A DNA stretch of 64,000 nucleotides from Longimicrobiales bacterium (GCA_963664435.2 CAXXKM010000003.1:1280001-1344000); one strand, 5' to 3'; shown: positions 19,033 to 29,219, numbered from the stretch's first letter. A program made the numbers and translations. Notes: generated from the sequence alone by a model not told the origin.

Positions 19033-20868
19033 CTACCCGTCCACGATCAGGCGGGTCGTGACATCGATCGGGGTCCGCCCGGGCAACTGCACGGTCAGGA
19101 TCAGGTCGTACTCGCCGGGTTCGACCTCCGGGAGCGTAAGCTGGATGGCGCGGAAGACCGTGCCCAGCTGGTCCGGTCCGGCTTCCTCCCAGCTCAACTC
19201 GAGCGGTGCTTCCGGGGTGGTGAGGCGCAGAAACTGCGTCGCCCGTTCGAGCAGGCCCGGGTTCGCGTCCTGCATGGTGATGCCGACGATCGCGCTCTCG
19301 CCGGTCTGGAGCCCGTAGACCTCCCAGCCCGCCACGAACGCCTCTCCCGAGCGCACGCGGGTTGACCCCAGCACCCGGGGCAGCGCTTCGTCCAGGCTTT
19401 CCGGCAGATCGCCGTCCGGGTCGAGCAGCACCACGTCGGATATGGCCGCGAGCCCGAACGGCAGATCCTCCTGGCGCACCCCGCCTCGCACCCGCCAACC
19501 GCGGTCGTCGGCGTCTTCCAGGACCTCCAGGCCGAAGATGTAGCCGCCGTTGGGAACCCGTGCGGTGACCACGCCCTCGCGCGCGGTGCCACGCTGGTCG
19601 ACGACCCGCTCGCCTTCCGGAGTCAGCACGAACACCCCCGATTCCACGGCGCCGGCCCTCACGGGGGGCGGGGGCGGGGGGGCGGCAAAGGCCGCGAAGG
19701 GATCGGCCCCGGGAGCGGTTTCGCGCACCGTCGGCCGGGGAGCCTCCTCCGGCCGCGGGGGAGGCTGGTAGCCCGCCACCACCAGGAGGGAGTCGCCCCG
19801 GCGGAAGCGCGCCACCTGCGCGTCCATGGTGGTGATGATGGGCGCGTACCAGGCGGCGTATCCGGTCCACGGAGCCCGGTCCTCGATCTCCCATGCGCGT
19901 ACGGGGACTCCGGTCGGATCCTGCAGGAACGTTCCCGCGGGCATGAACTCGCGCCCGTGCGGATGGTGACGCCCGATGATGAAACGGTTGTCCTGCAGAA
20001 TGGCCGAGGGGGGCGCCGCCTTTCCGCGCTCCCATCCCACCTCGCCTCCGTAGCGGGCGACCAGCTCCTCCAGGTCCTTCTCCCAGGGGAGGTCGAAGGC
20101 GTTCTCCGCCGCTTCCCGGATGCGAATCAGCGTGCGGCGGGCGTACTGCTCCGCCTCGCGGTCGTTGCCCTCCACCAGGTAGAGGGGATCCGCGAGCAGC
20201 CAGAGTTGTTCGCGGAGCGCCGCCTGCTCCTCGGCATCCGCATCCTCGAAGAGCTCGCGCGCTTCCTCGTCCAGGAGATAGTCGAGCGCCAGCCATCGTT
20301 CCCGCTCCTCCTCGGGCATCCGCGGGATGGCGTCGCGGAAGACGGCTTCCGCTTCGATGCTCCTTCCCTGCGACTGAAGCAGGTACCCCTTGAGCGCCAG
20401 GCACCACCACTCGTCGTCGGGGTGGCAGCGCCCCGTCAGGGCTTCGGCCCGGAGAAACTCTCCCTGTTCCCGCAGGTAGTAGACGCGCTGTCCCAGCACC
20501 CACCTGTCGCGCGGGATGCGCGAAGCGATGCGGCCGAGCGTCCGGAGCATATCCATGCGCGCCATCTCGACCTCGAGCGGAGCGGGCTCCACCGGGGGCG
20601 CTTCCCCGTCCCCGTGCCGGAGGCAAAGCCGGCCGACGAGCGCATCGCACTGGCCTCCGAAACCGCTCCATTCAGGAGGAAGCCGCTGCTCCCGATGGCG
20701 CTCGAATTCCTTCTGTACCTGCTTCGCCTCCTCGAGCAGCGCGATCGAATCGGCTTCGGGGCTTGCCGCCTCTTCCTGGGCGGCGCGGGCCGGCAGCGGC
20801 GTGGCGAGGCAGATGAGGACGGCGGCAAGACCGATGCCTCTCGCGAGGCCGGTTGGGCACTGAGTCAT
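19033..20868 (-). CDS. Exported hypothetical protein with GWxTD-like domain
   Basis: Signal peptide ARAA-Q; TPR-like helical N part; W...DPLY...NDR.AE..AR followed by WEKD..RYG; C-terminal Ig-like PGEYDLILTV. Confidence 0.6.
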   Translation of the reverse strand: MTQCPTGLARGIGLAAVLICLATPLPARAAQEEAASPEADSIALLEEAKQVQKEFERHREQRLPPEWSGFGGQCDALVGRLCLRHGDGEAPPVEPAPLEVEMARMDMLRTLGRIASRIPRDRWVLGQRVYYLREQGEFLRAEALTGRCHPDDEWWCLALKGYLLQSQGRSIEAEAVFRDAIPRMPEEERERWLALDYLLDEEARELFEDADAEEQAALREQLWLLADPLYLVEGNDREAEQYARRTLIRIREAAENAFDLPWEKDLEELVARYGGEVGWERGKAAPPSAILQDNRFIIGRHHPHGREFMPAGTFLQDPTGVPVRAWEIEDRAPWTGYAAWYAPIITTMDAQVARFRRGDSLLVVAGYQPPPRPEEAPRPTVRETAPGADPFAAFAAPPPPPPVRAGAVESGVFVLTPEGERVVDQRGTAREGVVTARVPNGGYIFGLEVLEDADDRGWRVRGGVRQEDLPFGLAAISDVVLLDPDGDLPESLDEALPRVLGSTRVRSGEAFVAGWEVYGLQTGESAIVGITMQDANPGLLERATQFLRLTTPEAPLELSWEEAGPDQLGTVFRAIQLTLPEVEPGEYDLILTVQLPGRTPIDVTTRLIVDG

Positions 20869-21148
20869 GGGCAATGGCTCTCCGGGAACGTGGCTGTCCC
20901 TTCCAGGACGCGCGGCCGGGACGAAAGGTTGACGGGACGTCCATTGTGCGGCGTATCGGATCGTCCTGTTACCCTGCGTGCGGGCCGCATGTTCGACCTG
21001 GGCGGCACAGCGCGCCAATTCTCATTCGGTGCGCGGCCGTGTGAAGGGGCCCATGGAGTATCGCCCTGGGCCTCGTGCATCGCCGCAGGCGGAGTTGCGG
21101 AGCTATACTCAGGATGTCGGTTCGCCCCCCCTCATCCCCGAGCCTCTC

Positions 21149-22375
21149 ATGATTTCGCTGGCCGCGCTTTCCCTGCTGCCCCTGCTGGCTGCGCCCCAGC
21201 AGCTGCCCGAACCCTTCGAGACCCCCTGGAACCGGGCCATCCCGAGCATCGTGGAGCGTCCGGAAGGGGCGACGCTCTCGGTTCCCGACGGCTTTCGCGT
21301 CAACGTCTTCGCCGAGGAGCTCACCGGCCCGCGGCGTCTTGCGCTGGCGCCCAACGGCGATGTCTTCGTGGCGGAGAGCCGCATCGGTGCGATCACGCTG
21401 CTGCGCGACGGCGACGGCGACGGCGTGGCCGAACACCGGGAGACCTTCGCCGGGGAACTGTTGCGGCCGTCCGGGATCGCCTTCCACGAAGGCTACCTGT
21501 ACGTGGGCAACAACGACGCGGTGGTGCGTTTTCGCTACACGCCGGGCCAGACCCGCGCTGAGGGCCCGCCCGAACACGTCGTCGATCTGCCGGTCAGCAG
21601 CGACGCCCTCGACTACGACACCGCCGAGCGCCTGGGCATCGACGTCAGCCGCACCATCGGTTTCAACCACTGGACCCGCAACGTGATCTTCGCCCCGGGC
21701 GGCGAGCGGATGTTCGTGGCCGTCGGCTCGGCCACCAACGCCATGCCGGGCTCGGACCCGCGCCGGGCCGCCATCAACGAGTACCGGCCGGACGGCTCGG
21801 GACATCGGGTGTTCGCGGGCGGGCTGCGCAATCCGGTTGCGCTCGCGTTCCATCCCGTCACCGGTGAACTCTGGACGGCGGTGCACGAGCGGGATCACCT
21901 GGGCGACGACCTGGCGCCGGACTACGTCACTTCGGTGGAGGAGGGCGGCTTCTACGGATGGCCGTACGCGTACATCGGACCCAACCCGGAGCCGATCCTG
22001 AACGGGGCACGGCCGGACCTGGTGGCGCAGACCCTCGTGCCCGACGTCCTGCTCCCGGCCCACGCGGCCCCGCTGGGGATGGTATTCCACACCGGGGAGG
22101 GGTTTCCCACGGAGTACCGCCACGACGCCTTCGTGGCGCTGCACGGATCCATCAACCGGCTCGATCTGAGGGGCTATTCGGTGGTGCGCATCCCATTCGA
22201 GGACGGACGCCCTTCCGGTCCGCCGGAGGACTTCCTGACCGGATTCATCGTCCGCGACGACGAAGAGACGGAAGTCTGGGGCCGCCCCGTGGACGTGCTG
22301 CAGGCGCCGGACGGCGCGCTGCTCGTCTCCGACGACGCGGGCAACCGCATTTTCCGCATCCGCTTCGCGGGATAG
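21149..22375 (+). CDS. PQQ-dependent sugar/sorbosone dehydrogenase family protein
   Basis: PDGFRVNVFA, GLRNP, ERD.LGDD, FYGWPY, HAAPLG, HGS.NR, GRPVDV, SDD. Confidence 0.85.
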   Translation: MISLAALSLLPLLAAPQQLPEPFETPWNRAIPSIVERPEGATLSVPDGFRVNVFAEELTGPRRLALAPNGDVFVAESRIGAITLLRDGDGDGVAEHRETFAGELLRPSGIAFHEGYLYVGNNDAVVRFRYTPGQTRAEGPPEHVVDLPVSSDALDYDTAERLGIDVSRTIGFNHWTRNVIFAPGGERMFVAVGSATNAMPGSDPRRAAINEYRPDGSGHRVFAGGLRNPVALAFHPVTGELWTAVHERDHLGDDLAPDYVTSVEEGGFYGWPYAYIGPNPEPILNGARPDLVAQTLVPDVLLPAHAAPLGMVFHTGEGFPTEYRHDAFVALHGSINRLDLRGYSVVRIPFEDGRPSGPPEDFLTGFIVRDDEETEVWGRPVDVLQAPDGALLVSDDAGNRIFRIRFAG

Positions 22376-22378
22376 GAT

Positions 22379-23209
22379 TCAGGGCAGGCGCAGGGCCCGC
22401 GCCAGGGCCCGGCCGGCGCTGCCCCCGGCCTCCCGGTTCTCCGTGCGCCTTGGGCCCGCCCGCGCGATGGCTTCCCGCAGGCCGGCTCCGTCCACTCCCT
22501 TGCGGAGCATCCCCCCGCTCGCCACCGAAACCCGGCCCGACTCCTCGCTGACCACCACCACCACCGCGTCGGTCTCCTCGCTGAGCCCGATGGCCGCGCG
22601 ATGCCGGGTGCCCAGCGTCCGGTCCGGAACCGGTGCGCGATTGAGCGGCAGAATCGCCCCCGCCGCCTTGATGGTGTCGCCCGAGATGATCGCGGCCCCG
22701 TCGTGGAGGGGCGAATTGGGGGTGAAGATGGCGCCGAGGATCTCGCGGGAGACCCGCGCCTGCAGGCGGCTGCCGCTCTGGGCGTATTCGTCGAGCCCGA
22801 CCTCTCCCTCGACGGCGAGCAGCGCGCCGATCTTCATGTCCGAAAGGCGCTCGACCGCGCCCGCGATCTCCTCCACCACCTGGCTTTCCTCGAGCCGGCT
22901 GAACAGCTGCAGCATGCGCGCCTGACCCAGCCGGGCGAGGGTGGAGCGAATCTCCGGCTGGAAGACGACCAGCGCGGCGATGGCGCCGTACTGGAAGACC
23001 GCCTCCATGATCGACCGCATGAGGTCGAGTCCCAGCAGGCGCGCGAGGGCGTAGATGCCGGCGATCAGAAGCCCGCCCAGCAGGATCTGCATGGCCCGGG
23101 TGCGCTGGATGAACAGCAGGATGCGGTACAGCAGCGCGGCGACGATGAGGATCTCGAGGATATCGAGCCAGCCGGGCGCGAACAGCGCGAACAGGTCCCC
23201 GATGCTCAT
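22379..23209 (-). CDS. cdaA: Diadenylate cyclase CdaA
   Basis: N-terminal TM helices, VFQPEIR, PLHDGA, GTRHRAA.G.SE. Confidence 0.93.
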   Translation of the reverse strand: MSIGDLFALFAPGWLDILEILIVAALLYRILLFIQRTRAMQILLGGLLIAGIYALARLLGLDLMRSIMEAVFQYGAIAALVVFQPEIRSTLARLGQARMLQLFSRLEESQVVEEIAGAVERLSDMKIGALLAVEGEVGLDEYAQSGSRLQARVSREILGAIFTPNSPLHDGAAIISGDTIKAAGAILPLNRAPVPDRTLGTRHRAAIGLSEETDAVVVVVSEESGRVSVASGGMLRKGVDGAGLREAIARAGPRRTENREAGGSAGRALARALRLP

Positions 23210-23273
23210 GTCGTCTCAGACGCGTAAGCGAACCAGGATTGCATTCGGGCGGGCGGGTGCCGCCTCCCGCCGG

Positions 23274-25352
23274 TCAAGGCGCGTTCGTGTGCGAGCCCCT
23301 CGTTCGGGCCGTGGGGCCGTCGACGCGCGCGGAGGAAACCGGAACGGCCTCCTCCGGCTCGCGGAGGGGATCCGGACTGCTCCCGGATACCGGCGCCGCC
23401 GCGCCGTCGCGCTGGTCGCCGGTTTCGGGCGGCTCGCTTCCGTTTTCCCCACCCGGAATCGGCGGCTCCTCGCGCGACATGGGCGGCAGCGGCTCCCCCT
23501 GGTCGAGCAGCTCGATTTCGCCGCGACCCAGGGTTTCGCGTTCGAGCAGCGCATCGGCGATGGTCTCGAGCAGGTCCTTGTGCTCCTCAAGCAGCACGCG
23601 GGCGCGATCGTGCGCGCTGTCCAGAAGCCGCTTTACCTCGCTGTCGACCAGCTCCGCGGTGTGTTCCGACACCTCGCGGCGCTGGACCAGCTCACGCCCC
23701 AGGAAGATCTCCTGTTCCGAGTCCCCGACCGCCATCAGGCCCACCCGCTCGGACATGCCGAAGCGGGTCACCATGCGGCGGGCCATGGTGGTGGCGCGCT
23801 CGATGTCGTTGCCGGCCCCCGTCGTCACTTTGGTCGGGCCGAAGCGCATCTCTTCGGCCACGCGTCCCCCGAACAGCATCACCAGCTGCCCTTCCAGCCA
23901 ATCCTTCGTGTAGGAGTGCCGGTCCTCCTCGGGCAGGCTCGCGGTTAGTCCGAGGGCGCGCCCGCGGGGGACGATCGTGACCTTGTGCACGGGGTCGAGG
24001 CCGGGGATGCGCAGCCCCAGCACGGCATGGCCCGCCTCGTGCCAGGCGGTCAGTACGCGCTCGGATTCGGTCAGCACCAGGCTCTTGCGCTCCGCCCCCA
24101 GCATGACCTTGTCCTTGGCCTTCTCGAAGTGGACCATGGCGACCCGGTCGGCGCCCTCGCGCGCGGCGACGAGGGCCGCCTCGTTGCAGACGTTGGCCAG
24201 ATCCGCGCCCGACAGTCCGGGGGTGCCCCGGGCGATGACGGACAGATCCACATCTTCGGCGAGCGGCAGCTTGCGCGCGTGAACGCCCAGGATGCCCTCC
24301 CGGCCCTTGATGTCCGGAGAGTCCACCACGACCTGCCGGTCGAAGCGGCCGGGGCGAAGCAGCGCGGGGTCGAGCACGTCCGGCCGGTTGGTGGCCGCCA
24401 GCAGGATCACTCCGTCGTTGGACTCGAAGCCGTCCATCTCCACCAGCAGCGCGTTCAGCGTCTGCTCGCGCTCGTCGTGTCCGCCGCCCAGGCCTGCGCC
24501 CCTGTGACGGCCCACCGCATCGATCTCGTCCACGAAGATGATGCAGGGCGCGTGCGACTTCCCCTGCTCGAAGAGATCGCGTACGCGCGAGGCGCCCACG
24601 CCCACGAACATCTCGACGAAATCGGAGCCCGACATCTGAAAGAAGGGACGCGCGGCCTCGCCCGCCACCGCCCGCGCCAGAAGCGTCTTGCCGGTGCCCG
24701 GGGGGCCCACAAGGAGCACGCCCTTGGGAAGACGGCCGCCGAGGCGCACGAAGCGCTGGGGATCCTTCAGAAACTCGATGACCTCCTGAAGCTCGTCCTT
24801 GGCCTCGTCCGCGCCCGCGACATCCTCGAACGTCACCTTGGGGGTATCGGGAGAGATGAGCTTGGCCTTGGAGCGGCCGAACTGGAAGGCCCGGTTGCCC
24901 CCACTCTGGAGGCTGCGCACGAACCAGATCCAGATGCCCGCCATGAGGATCCATGGGAGAAACGCGAACACCCGCTCCATGACCGGGACCCTCGCGGGCC
25001 TCGCCCGAATGACGACGTTGCGCGCCTGAAGCTCCTCGAGCAGCCCGTCCGTGACCTCGCCCGGAAGCATGGAGACGAAGCGGCTCATGTCTTCGCCGTC
25101 ACGGTTCACCGGGGTGCGCAGCTCGCCCTCGACGCTGCGCGAATCGACGATCGTCACCTCGCGAATGTTCCCGGACGCAAGCTGCTCGCGAAACTCGGTG
25201 TAGGTGAACTCGACGCCCGCGTTGCCGCCCGATCCGAAGAGCTGTATGAAGAGGAGCGGCACGAGCGCCAGCAGAATCCAGAACGAGGCGGTGCGCGAAA
25301 GCCGGGAGAACCTGCTGCCGGAATCGGGTCGGTTCTGTTCGGAATCAGACAT
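23274..25352 (-). CDS. ftsH: ATP-dependent zinc metalloprotease FtsH
   Basis: [38 protein letters not shown]. Confidence 0.97.
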   Translation of the reverse strand: MSDSEQNRPDSGSRFSRLSRTASFWILLALVPLLFIQLFGSGGNAGVEFTYTEFREQLASGNIREVTIVDSRSVEGELRTPVNRDGEDMSRFVSMLPGEVTDGLLEELQARNVVIRARPARVPVMERVFAFLPWILMAGIWIWFVRSLQSGGNRAFQFGRSKAKLISPDTPKVTFEDVAGADEAKDELQEVIEFLKDPQRFVRLGGRLPKGVLLVGPPGTGKTLLARAVAGEAARPFFQMSGSDFVEMFVGVGASRVRDLFEQGKSHAPCIIFVDEIDAVGRHRGAGLGGGHDEREQTLNALLVEMDGFESNDGVILLAATNRPDVLDPALLRPGRFDRQVVVDSPDIKGREGILGVHARKLPLAEDVDLSVIARGTPGLSGADLANVCNEAALVAAREGADRVAMVHFEKAKDKVMLGAERKSLVLTESERVLTAWHEAGHAVLGLRIPGLDPVHKVTIVPRGRALGLTASLPEEDRHSYTKDWLEGQLVMLFGGRVAEEMRFGPTKVTTGAGNDIERATTMARRMVTRFGMSERVGLMAVGDSEQEIFLGRELVQRREVSEHTAELVDSEVKRLLDSAHDRARVLLEEHKDLLETIADALLERETLGRGEIELLDQGEPLPPMSREEPPIPGGENGSEPPETGDQRDGAAAPVSGSSPDPLREPEEAVPVSSARVDGPTARTRGSHTNAP

Positions 25353-25387
25353 TATTCAGAGTACTCTGGGACCACCGGCCCATGCCC

Positions 25388-25939
25388 TCAGATGCTTGCG
25401 ATGTAGGGAAGATGCCGGAAGTTCTCGCTGTAATCGAGGCCGTAGCCCACCACGAACTCCGGAGGGGCGTCGAAGCCGACCCATCTGGGCTCATGCGCGA
25501 TGCCGTCCCGGCGCTTGTGAAGAAAGGTACACGATTCGAGGCTGGCCGGTCCGCGCGCCTGGATGATGGGCACCAGGGATGCCATGGTCTTGCCGCTGTC
25601 GATGATGTCGTCCACGAGGATGACATGGCGCCCCCCGAGCGAGACTTCCGGATCGTAGAGGAGCCGCACGTTCCCCGATGATACCATACCCGTCCCGTAG
25701 CTCGAAGTCACGATGAAGTCGACCTGCACGGGGTGATGGATGCAGCGCACCAGGTCGGCCAGGAACATGAACGAGCCCTTCAGCAGGCCAAGCACGAGCA
25801 GTTCCTCGCGCGGGTCGTAGCAGGCCGATATCTCGTCGCCCAGCTCCCGTACCCTGAGCGCAATCTGTTCGCGCGTGAAGATGATGCGGCGCACGCGGCC
25901 ACTGCCGGCGCGGCGGACAACGTCAGTCGGTGGCGACAT
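25388..25939 (-). CDS. hpt: Hypoxanthine phosphoribosyltransferase
   Basis: LLKGSFMF, SSYG, LVDDIIDSG, FVVGYGLD..RHLPYI; between tilS and ftsH. Confidence 0.93.
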   Translation of the reverse strand: MSPPTDVVRRAGSGRVRRIIFTREQIALRVRELGDEISACYDPREELLVLGLLKGSFMFLADLVRCIHHPVQVDFIVTSSYGTGMVSSGNVRLLYDPEVSLGGRHVILVDDIIDSGKTMASLVPIIQARGPASLESCTFLHKRRDGIAHEPRWVGFDAPPEFVVGYGLDYSENFRHLPYIASI

Positions 25940-27308
25940 CGAGATCCACTCCCACGTAAAGGATTGCGTCGTGCGCCGCGGGCCGCGCCTCGACCGATCG
26001 CGCCACCCCCGGCACCCAGAGGATGCGCCCTCCCGAATCCGCCACCACCGGGCGGCGCGCGCGGGCCGGCCGCGGAACCCGCGCTTCCCCGAATACCTTC
26101 TTGAGCTTGCGGGTGCCGGCGGCGAGGCGAATCCGGTCTCCGGGCCGCCAGCCGCGAAAGAGGATGGGGAAGCGCAGCGCCGGGATGGAGAGCCCCTCTC
26201 CTCCCACGGGGCCTCGCGTCGACCAGCGGGCAAGGAAGGTGGCCCCTCCCGAACGGCCCTCGGCCGCGCCTTCGCCCGGGACCGGAACCGCCACGTAGCG
26301 GGCGTGGTCGGGGGCAGACGTCCCGTCGATGGCGGTGGCGGGGCGCGAGACGATCAGGCGCTCAAAGGCGCGGGACAGAACCACCCGGCCGGCCAGGTCG
26401 ATGGACCGCCCGCTCCGGCCGGAGCGGGCGAACGCCGAGGCCAGGTCGGTGGCGCGGGCATCCAGATGGGCGCCGGCCTCCGCCGCCAGCGTCCGGATCA
26501 GCCTGGCCCGCACCAGGGGATCGCACTGCAGGAACGCGTCGCGGCTGAAGGAGACGTCCTCTTCGGTGCGACGCACCACGAGACCCGCGAGCAGCGTCGG
26601 CATCACGGCGCGCCAGAGGCGGCGCTCCTCCCCCGCCAGGCGGGCCAGACGCAGGAGCGCCCGGCGGGCGCCCGGTGCGACGCGCTCCTCGGCGAGAGGC
26701 AGCAGCTCCCGGCGCACCACGTTGCGCGGGACGTCGGGCGACCGATTGCTGGGATCGGTCCGGTAGCGGAGGCGGGAGGCCGAGGCGTAGTGGGCGAGTT
26801 CCCGCTTCCAGAAGGGCAGCAGCGGCCGGTACAGTCCCGGCTCGCGGGTGCGGGGAATCCCGGCCAGGCCGGCGAGGCCGGTGCCCCGCAGCATCCGGTA
26901 GGCGACCGTTTCGGCCTGGTCGTCCGCGTGATGGGCGGTCACCACCCAGTCGCAGCCGGTTTCGCCGCGCGCCTCCTCCAGAAAGCGATAACGGGCCCGG
27001 CGCGCCTCCGTCTCGTTGGCGGGAGGACGGCCGACCGCGCGCGACACCAGCGGCACCTCCCACGCGTGCGCGAGCCCCTTGACCCAGTGGGCGTCGTCGG
27101 CGCTCCCGGGACGCATGCGGTGATCGAGGTGGGCGGCGTGCACCTCGAGCGGCGGGAGGCCCGGCGTGAAGCGCAGCAGGTGAAGCAGGACGGTGGAATC
27201 CGGGCCGCCCGAGAGCGACACCAGGACCCGCCCGCCACCGGTAATGACCCCGTCATCGGTCAGCGCCGCGCGGAAGCGGGCGGCCAGCGGCCGAGCCGGT
27301 CCGCTCAC
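25923..27308 (-). CDS. tilS: tRNA(Ile)-lysidine synthase
   Basis: SGGPDS, HLDH, ARRARY, AHHADDQAET, DPSN, RN.VR; GTG start overlaps the upstream stop (GTGA). Confidence 0.92.
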   Translation of the reverse strand: MSGPARPLAARFRAALTDDGVITGGGRVLVSLSGGPDSTVLLHLLRFTPGLPPLEVHAAHLDHRMRPGSADDAHWVKGLAHAWEVPLVSRAVGRPPANETEARRARYRFLEEARGETGCDWVVTAHHADDQAETVAYRMLRGTGLAGLAGIPRTREPGLYRPLLPFWKRELAHYASASRLRYRTDPSNRSPDVPRNVVRRELLPLAEERVAPGARRALLRLARLAGEERRLWRAVMPTLLAGLVVRRTEEDVSFSRDAFLQCDPLVRARLIRTLAAEAGAHLDARATDLASAFARSGRSGRSIDLAGRVVLSRAFERLIVSRPATAIDGTSAPDHARYVAVPVPGEGAAEGRSGGATFLARWSTRGPVGGEGLSIPALRFPILFRGWRPGDRIRLAAGTRKLKKVFGEARVPRPARARRPVVADSGGRILWVPGVARSVEARPAAHDAILYVGVDLDVATD

Positions 27309-28204
27309 GGCGCCACCTCGCCGCTCGCCGGGGCGGCACCCGCCCCGGCGGCGGTCAGCGCGGGCGGCGGCGGCCTGCCGGTTTCCTCCACGAGCACCCG
27401 GGCCAGCCGGTCGAGGCGGTCGGACTGGATGCCGTCCACCCCCCACGAGAGCAGCCGGCGCATGTCCGCGGGCTCGTCGATCGTCCAGACGTGGACGGGA
27501 ATGTTGCGGCGGTGAGCCTCGCGCACGAAGCGCGGCGTGACCACCCGCCTGCCCATCCACGCATCCGGGACCTGGAGGGCGTCCGCGCGCGGCGTATACA
27601 GGAACCCGAGCGGCCGGTGGTGCAGCAGATAGAACAGCCGGATCTGGCGGCGGGACGCGCCGTGCGGGCCCGGATAGCCGTGCCGCGAGGGCCGCGCGCC
27701 CTCCAGTTCCGCGGCCATCAGCACACGGTCGTGCGCAGCGTGGCGGCGGATGGCTTCGACCAGCAATGGCGCGACCTCGGGCACCTTGGCCTCCACGTTC
27801 ATTCGCGTGGCCGGGAAGGTCTCGAGCACCTCGTCCAGCAGCGGAATGCGCACGCCCCGGCCGCGGAAGGCGAGTTCGCCCGCCGGGCCGCGGAAGCGAT
27901 ACCCGGCGTCCAGCGACCGCACCTCGCTCCAGGGAAGCTCGCGCACGGCGCCGGTGCCCTCGCAGGTGCGGTCCACGGTGGCGTCGTGAATCACCACCAC
28001 CCTGCCGTCCGCGGTGCGGCGCACGTCCAGCTCCAGCACATCGGCGTCCCATCGCTCCACGGCGGCGGTGAAGGCCGCCATGGTGTTCTCGGGGGCCAGC
28101 GCCGCGCCCCCCCTGTGAGCGATGAAGAGGGGGGCGCCCGCCAAGTACGGATGACCGGGCCGGCGGGCGGGCAGCCCGCTCCATCCCCGCCAGGGCACAC
28201 GCAT
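27305..28204 (-). CDS. Glycerophosphodiester phosphodiesterase
   Basis: IAHRGG..LAPENTM, ELDV, HD.TVDRT, WTID, GVDGIQSD. Confidence 0.9.
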   Translation of the reverse strand: MRVPWRGWSGLPARRPGHPYLAGAPLFIAHRGGAALAPENTMAAFTAAVERWDADVLELDVRRTADGRVVVIHDATVDRTCEGTGAVRELPWSEVRSLDAGYRFRGPAGELAFRGRGVRIPLLDEVLETFPATRMNVEAKVPEVAPLLVEAIRRHAAHDRVLMAAELEGARPSRHGYPGPHGASRRQIRLFYLLHHRPLGFLYTPRADALQVPDAWMGRRVVTPRFVREAHRRNIPVHVWTIDEPADMRRLLSWGVDGIQSDRLDRLARVLVEETGRPPPPALTAAGAGAAPASGEVAP

Positions 28205-28227
28205 GGAACGCCGACGTGCCGGCGTCG

Positions 28228-28740
28228 TCAATCCGCCGCGGCCCGTTCCAGCCGCACCCGCTCGGCCGGGGTGACCTCGTACAACAGCGCGAGCACCAGA
28301 TCGATGAGCGGCTCGGTCATGGACAGTTCGCGCGTGCTCTGCTCCACGTCCCACTCGGGATCCTGCTCGCGCAGTTCGGTCCGGAGCGTCACGACCCTGC
28401 CCGCCAGGAAGTTCAGGATCTCCTCCACGATGGCGGGATGCGGTTCCGCGGGCGTTCCCTGCTCGTCGATGGATTCGCGCAACAGCAATCCGCGCACGAA
28501 GGCCAGAAAACCGGGGAAGGCCAGCTCGGTGAAGGGGCCGTCGTCGAGACGCTCCTCGCCGGTGATGTTCTCCCACTCCAGCTCGTTCCAGTACAGCTCT
28601 CGAGCCTCGTCCAGGAAATAGGCGCGCCGGTCCGGCGACAGGGGAGCAACATCCCCGTCCCGGATCCGCAGCGGTCGCTCAAGTACGCGAGCCATCCACG
28701 CCTTGCGCCGGCTCAGCTCACGCTCGATCAGATCGGTCAT
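28228..28740 (-). CDS. Hypothetical protein (helical, acidic)
   Basis: Protein-like 170 aa from MTDLIERELS, with high-GC third codon positions; leads into the GDPD-tilS operon. Confidence 0.7.
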   Translation of the reverse strand: MTDLIERELSRRKAWMARVLERPLRIRDGDVAPLSPDRRAYFLDEARELYWNELEWENITGEERLDDGPFTELAFPGFLAFVRGLLLRESIDEQGTPAEPHPAIVEEILNFLAGRVVTLRTELREQDPEWDVEQSTRELSMTEPLIDLVLALLYEVTPAERVRLERAAAD

Positions 28741-28945
28741 CGTCCTGCTCGTCGCTTTCGGGTGCTCCCACTGTGCCACGAGGGAGGGTCGCCCGGCCAA
28801 GATATCCGCCCGTGCGAACGGCGGCAAAGGTCGGCCGGCGGCAGCGGTCACCCGTCCGGGACCGGCGGGAGTTCGGCCCTGAACGCGACACGGCTGGCCG
28901 GCCGGATGCCTCGGACGCGCGGGCTTTTCGCACGTGGCACGGACA

Positions 28946-28983
28946 AATGTAAACCCCGCCGGGACCGTCAGGTCCCTGCGGGG
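28946..28983 (-). terminator. Probable intrinsic terminator after the tRNA
   Basis: Hairpin CCCCGC.GGGACC-gtca-GGTCCC.GCGGGG (28954-28983), followed on the minus strand by TTTACATT. Confidence 0.6.
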
Positions 28984-28998
28984 CAGGAAGGAAAGCGA

Positions 28999-29072
28999 TG
29001 CCGGAGGAGGGACTCGAACCCCCGACACGCGGATTATGATTCCGCTGCTCTGACCAGCTGAGCTACTCCGGC
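28999..29072 (-). tRNA. tRNA-Met (anticodon CAT), probably elongator; CCA not encoded
   Basis: Minus strand GCCGGAGTAGCTCAGCTGGTCAGAGCAGCGGAATCATAATCCGCGTGTCGGGGGTTCGAGTCCCTCCTCCGGCA: full cloverleaf, G1-C72 pair, GTTCGA T-loop. Confidence 0.95.
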
Positions 29073-29087
29073 GGGGACATCGCGAAA

Positions 29088-29116
29088 ACGCTAGTTTTGA
29101 GACGATAGCGTGTCAA
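29088..29116 (-). promoter_or_regulatory. Sigma70 promoter of the tRNA
   Basis: Minus strand TTGACA-17 bp-TAGCGT, ending 15 bp upstream of the tRNA 5' end. Confidence 0.75.
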
Positions 29117-29219
29117 GCGGTACCGTCAGGGACCGCGGATTATCCTGAACCAGCAAGAGGACTCCCGGCGGCAGCGGGCCTGCCCGGCGTTCGCGGAGTT
29201 CCGAGGGAGAGCGACCCGA

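Noticed and set aside
25923..28184. 753-aa tilS ORF and other long N-terminal extensions (eno, coaD, CMD, Minf_1886) as gene fusions
   Set aside because: The extensions overlap upstream genes in other frames; internal starts with stop/start overlaps or RBSs explain them.
28741..28998. Island integrated at the tRNA 3' end
   Set aside because: No integrase and no duplicated tRNA 3' end seen; a terminator and core genes follow.
28999..29072. tRNA(CAT) as Ile2 (given nearby tilS) or as initiator
   Set aside because: G1-C72 pairing and the absence of the initiator GGG/CCC anticodon stem exclude fMet; the GCGGAATCATAATCCGC arm resembles elongator Met tRNAs. Ile2 cannot be fully excluded without a covariance model.
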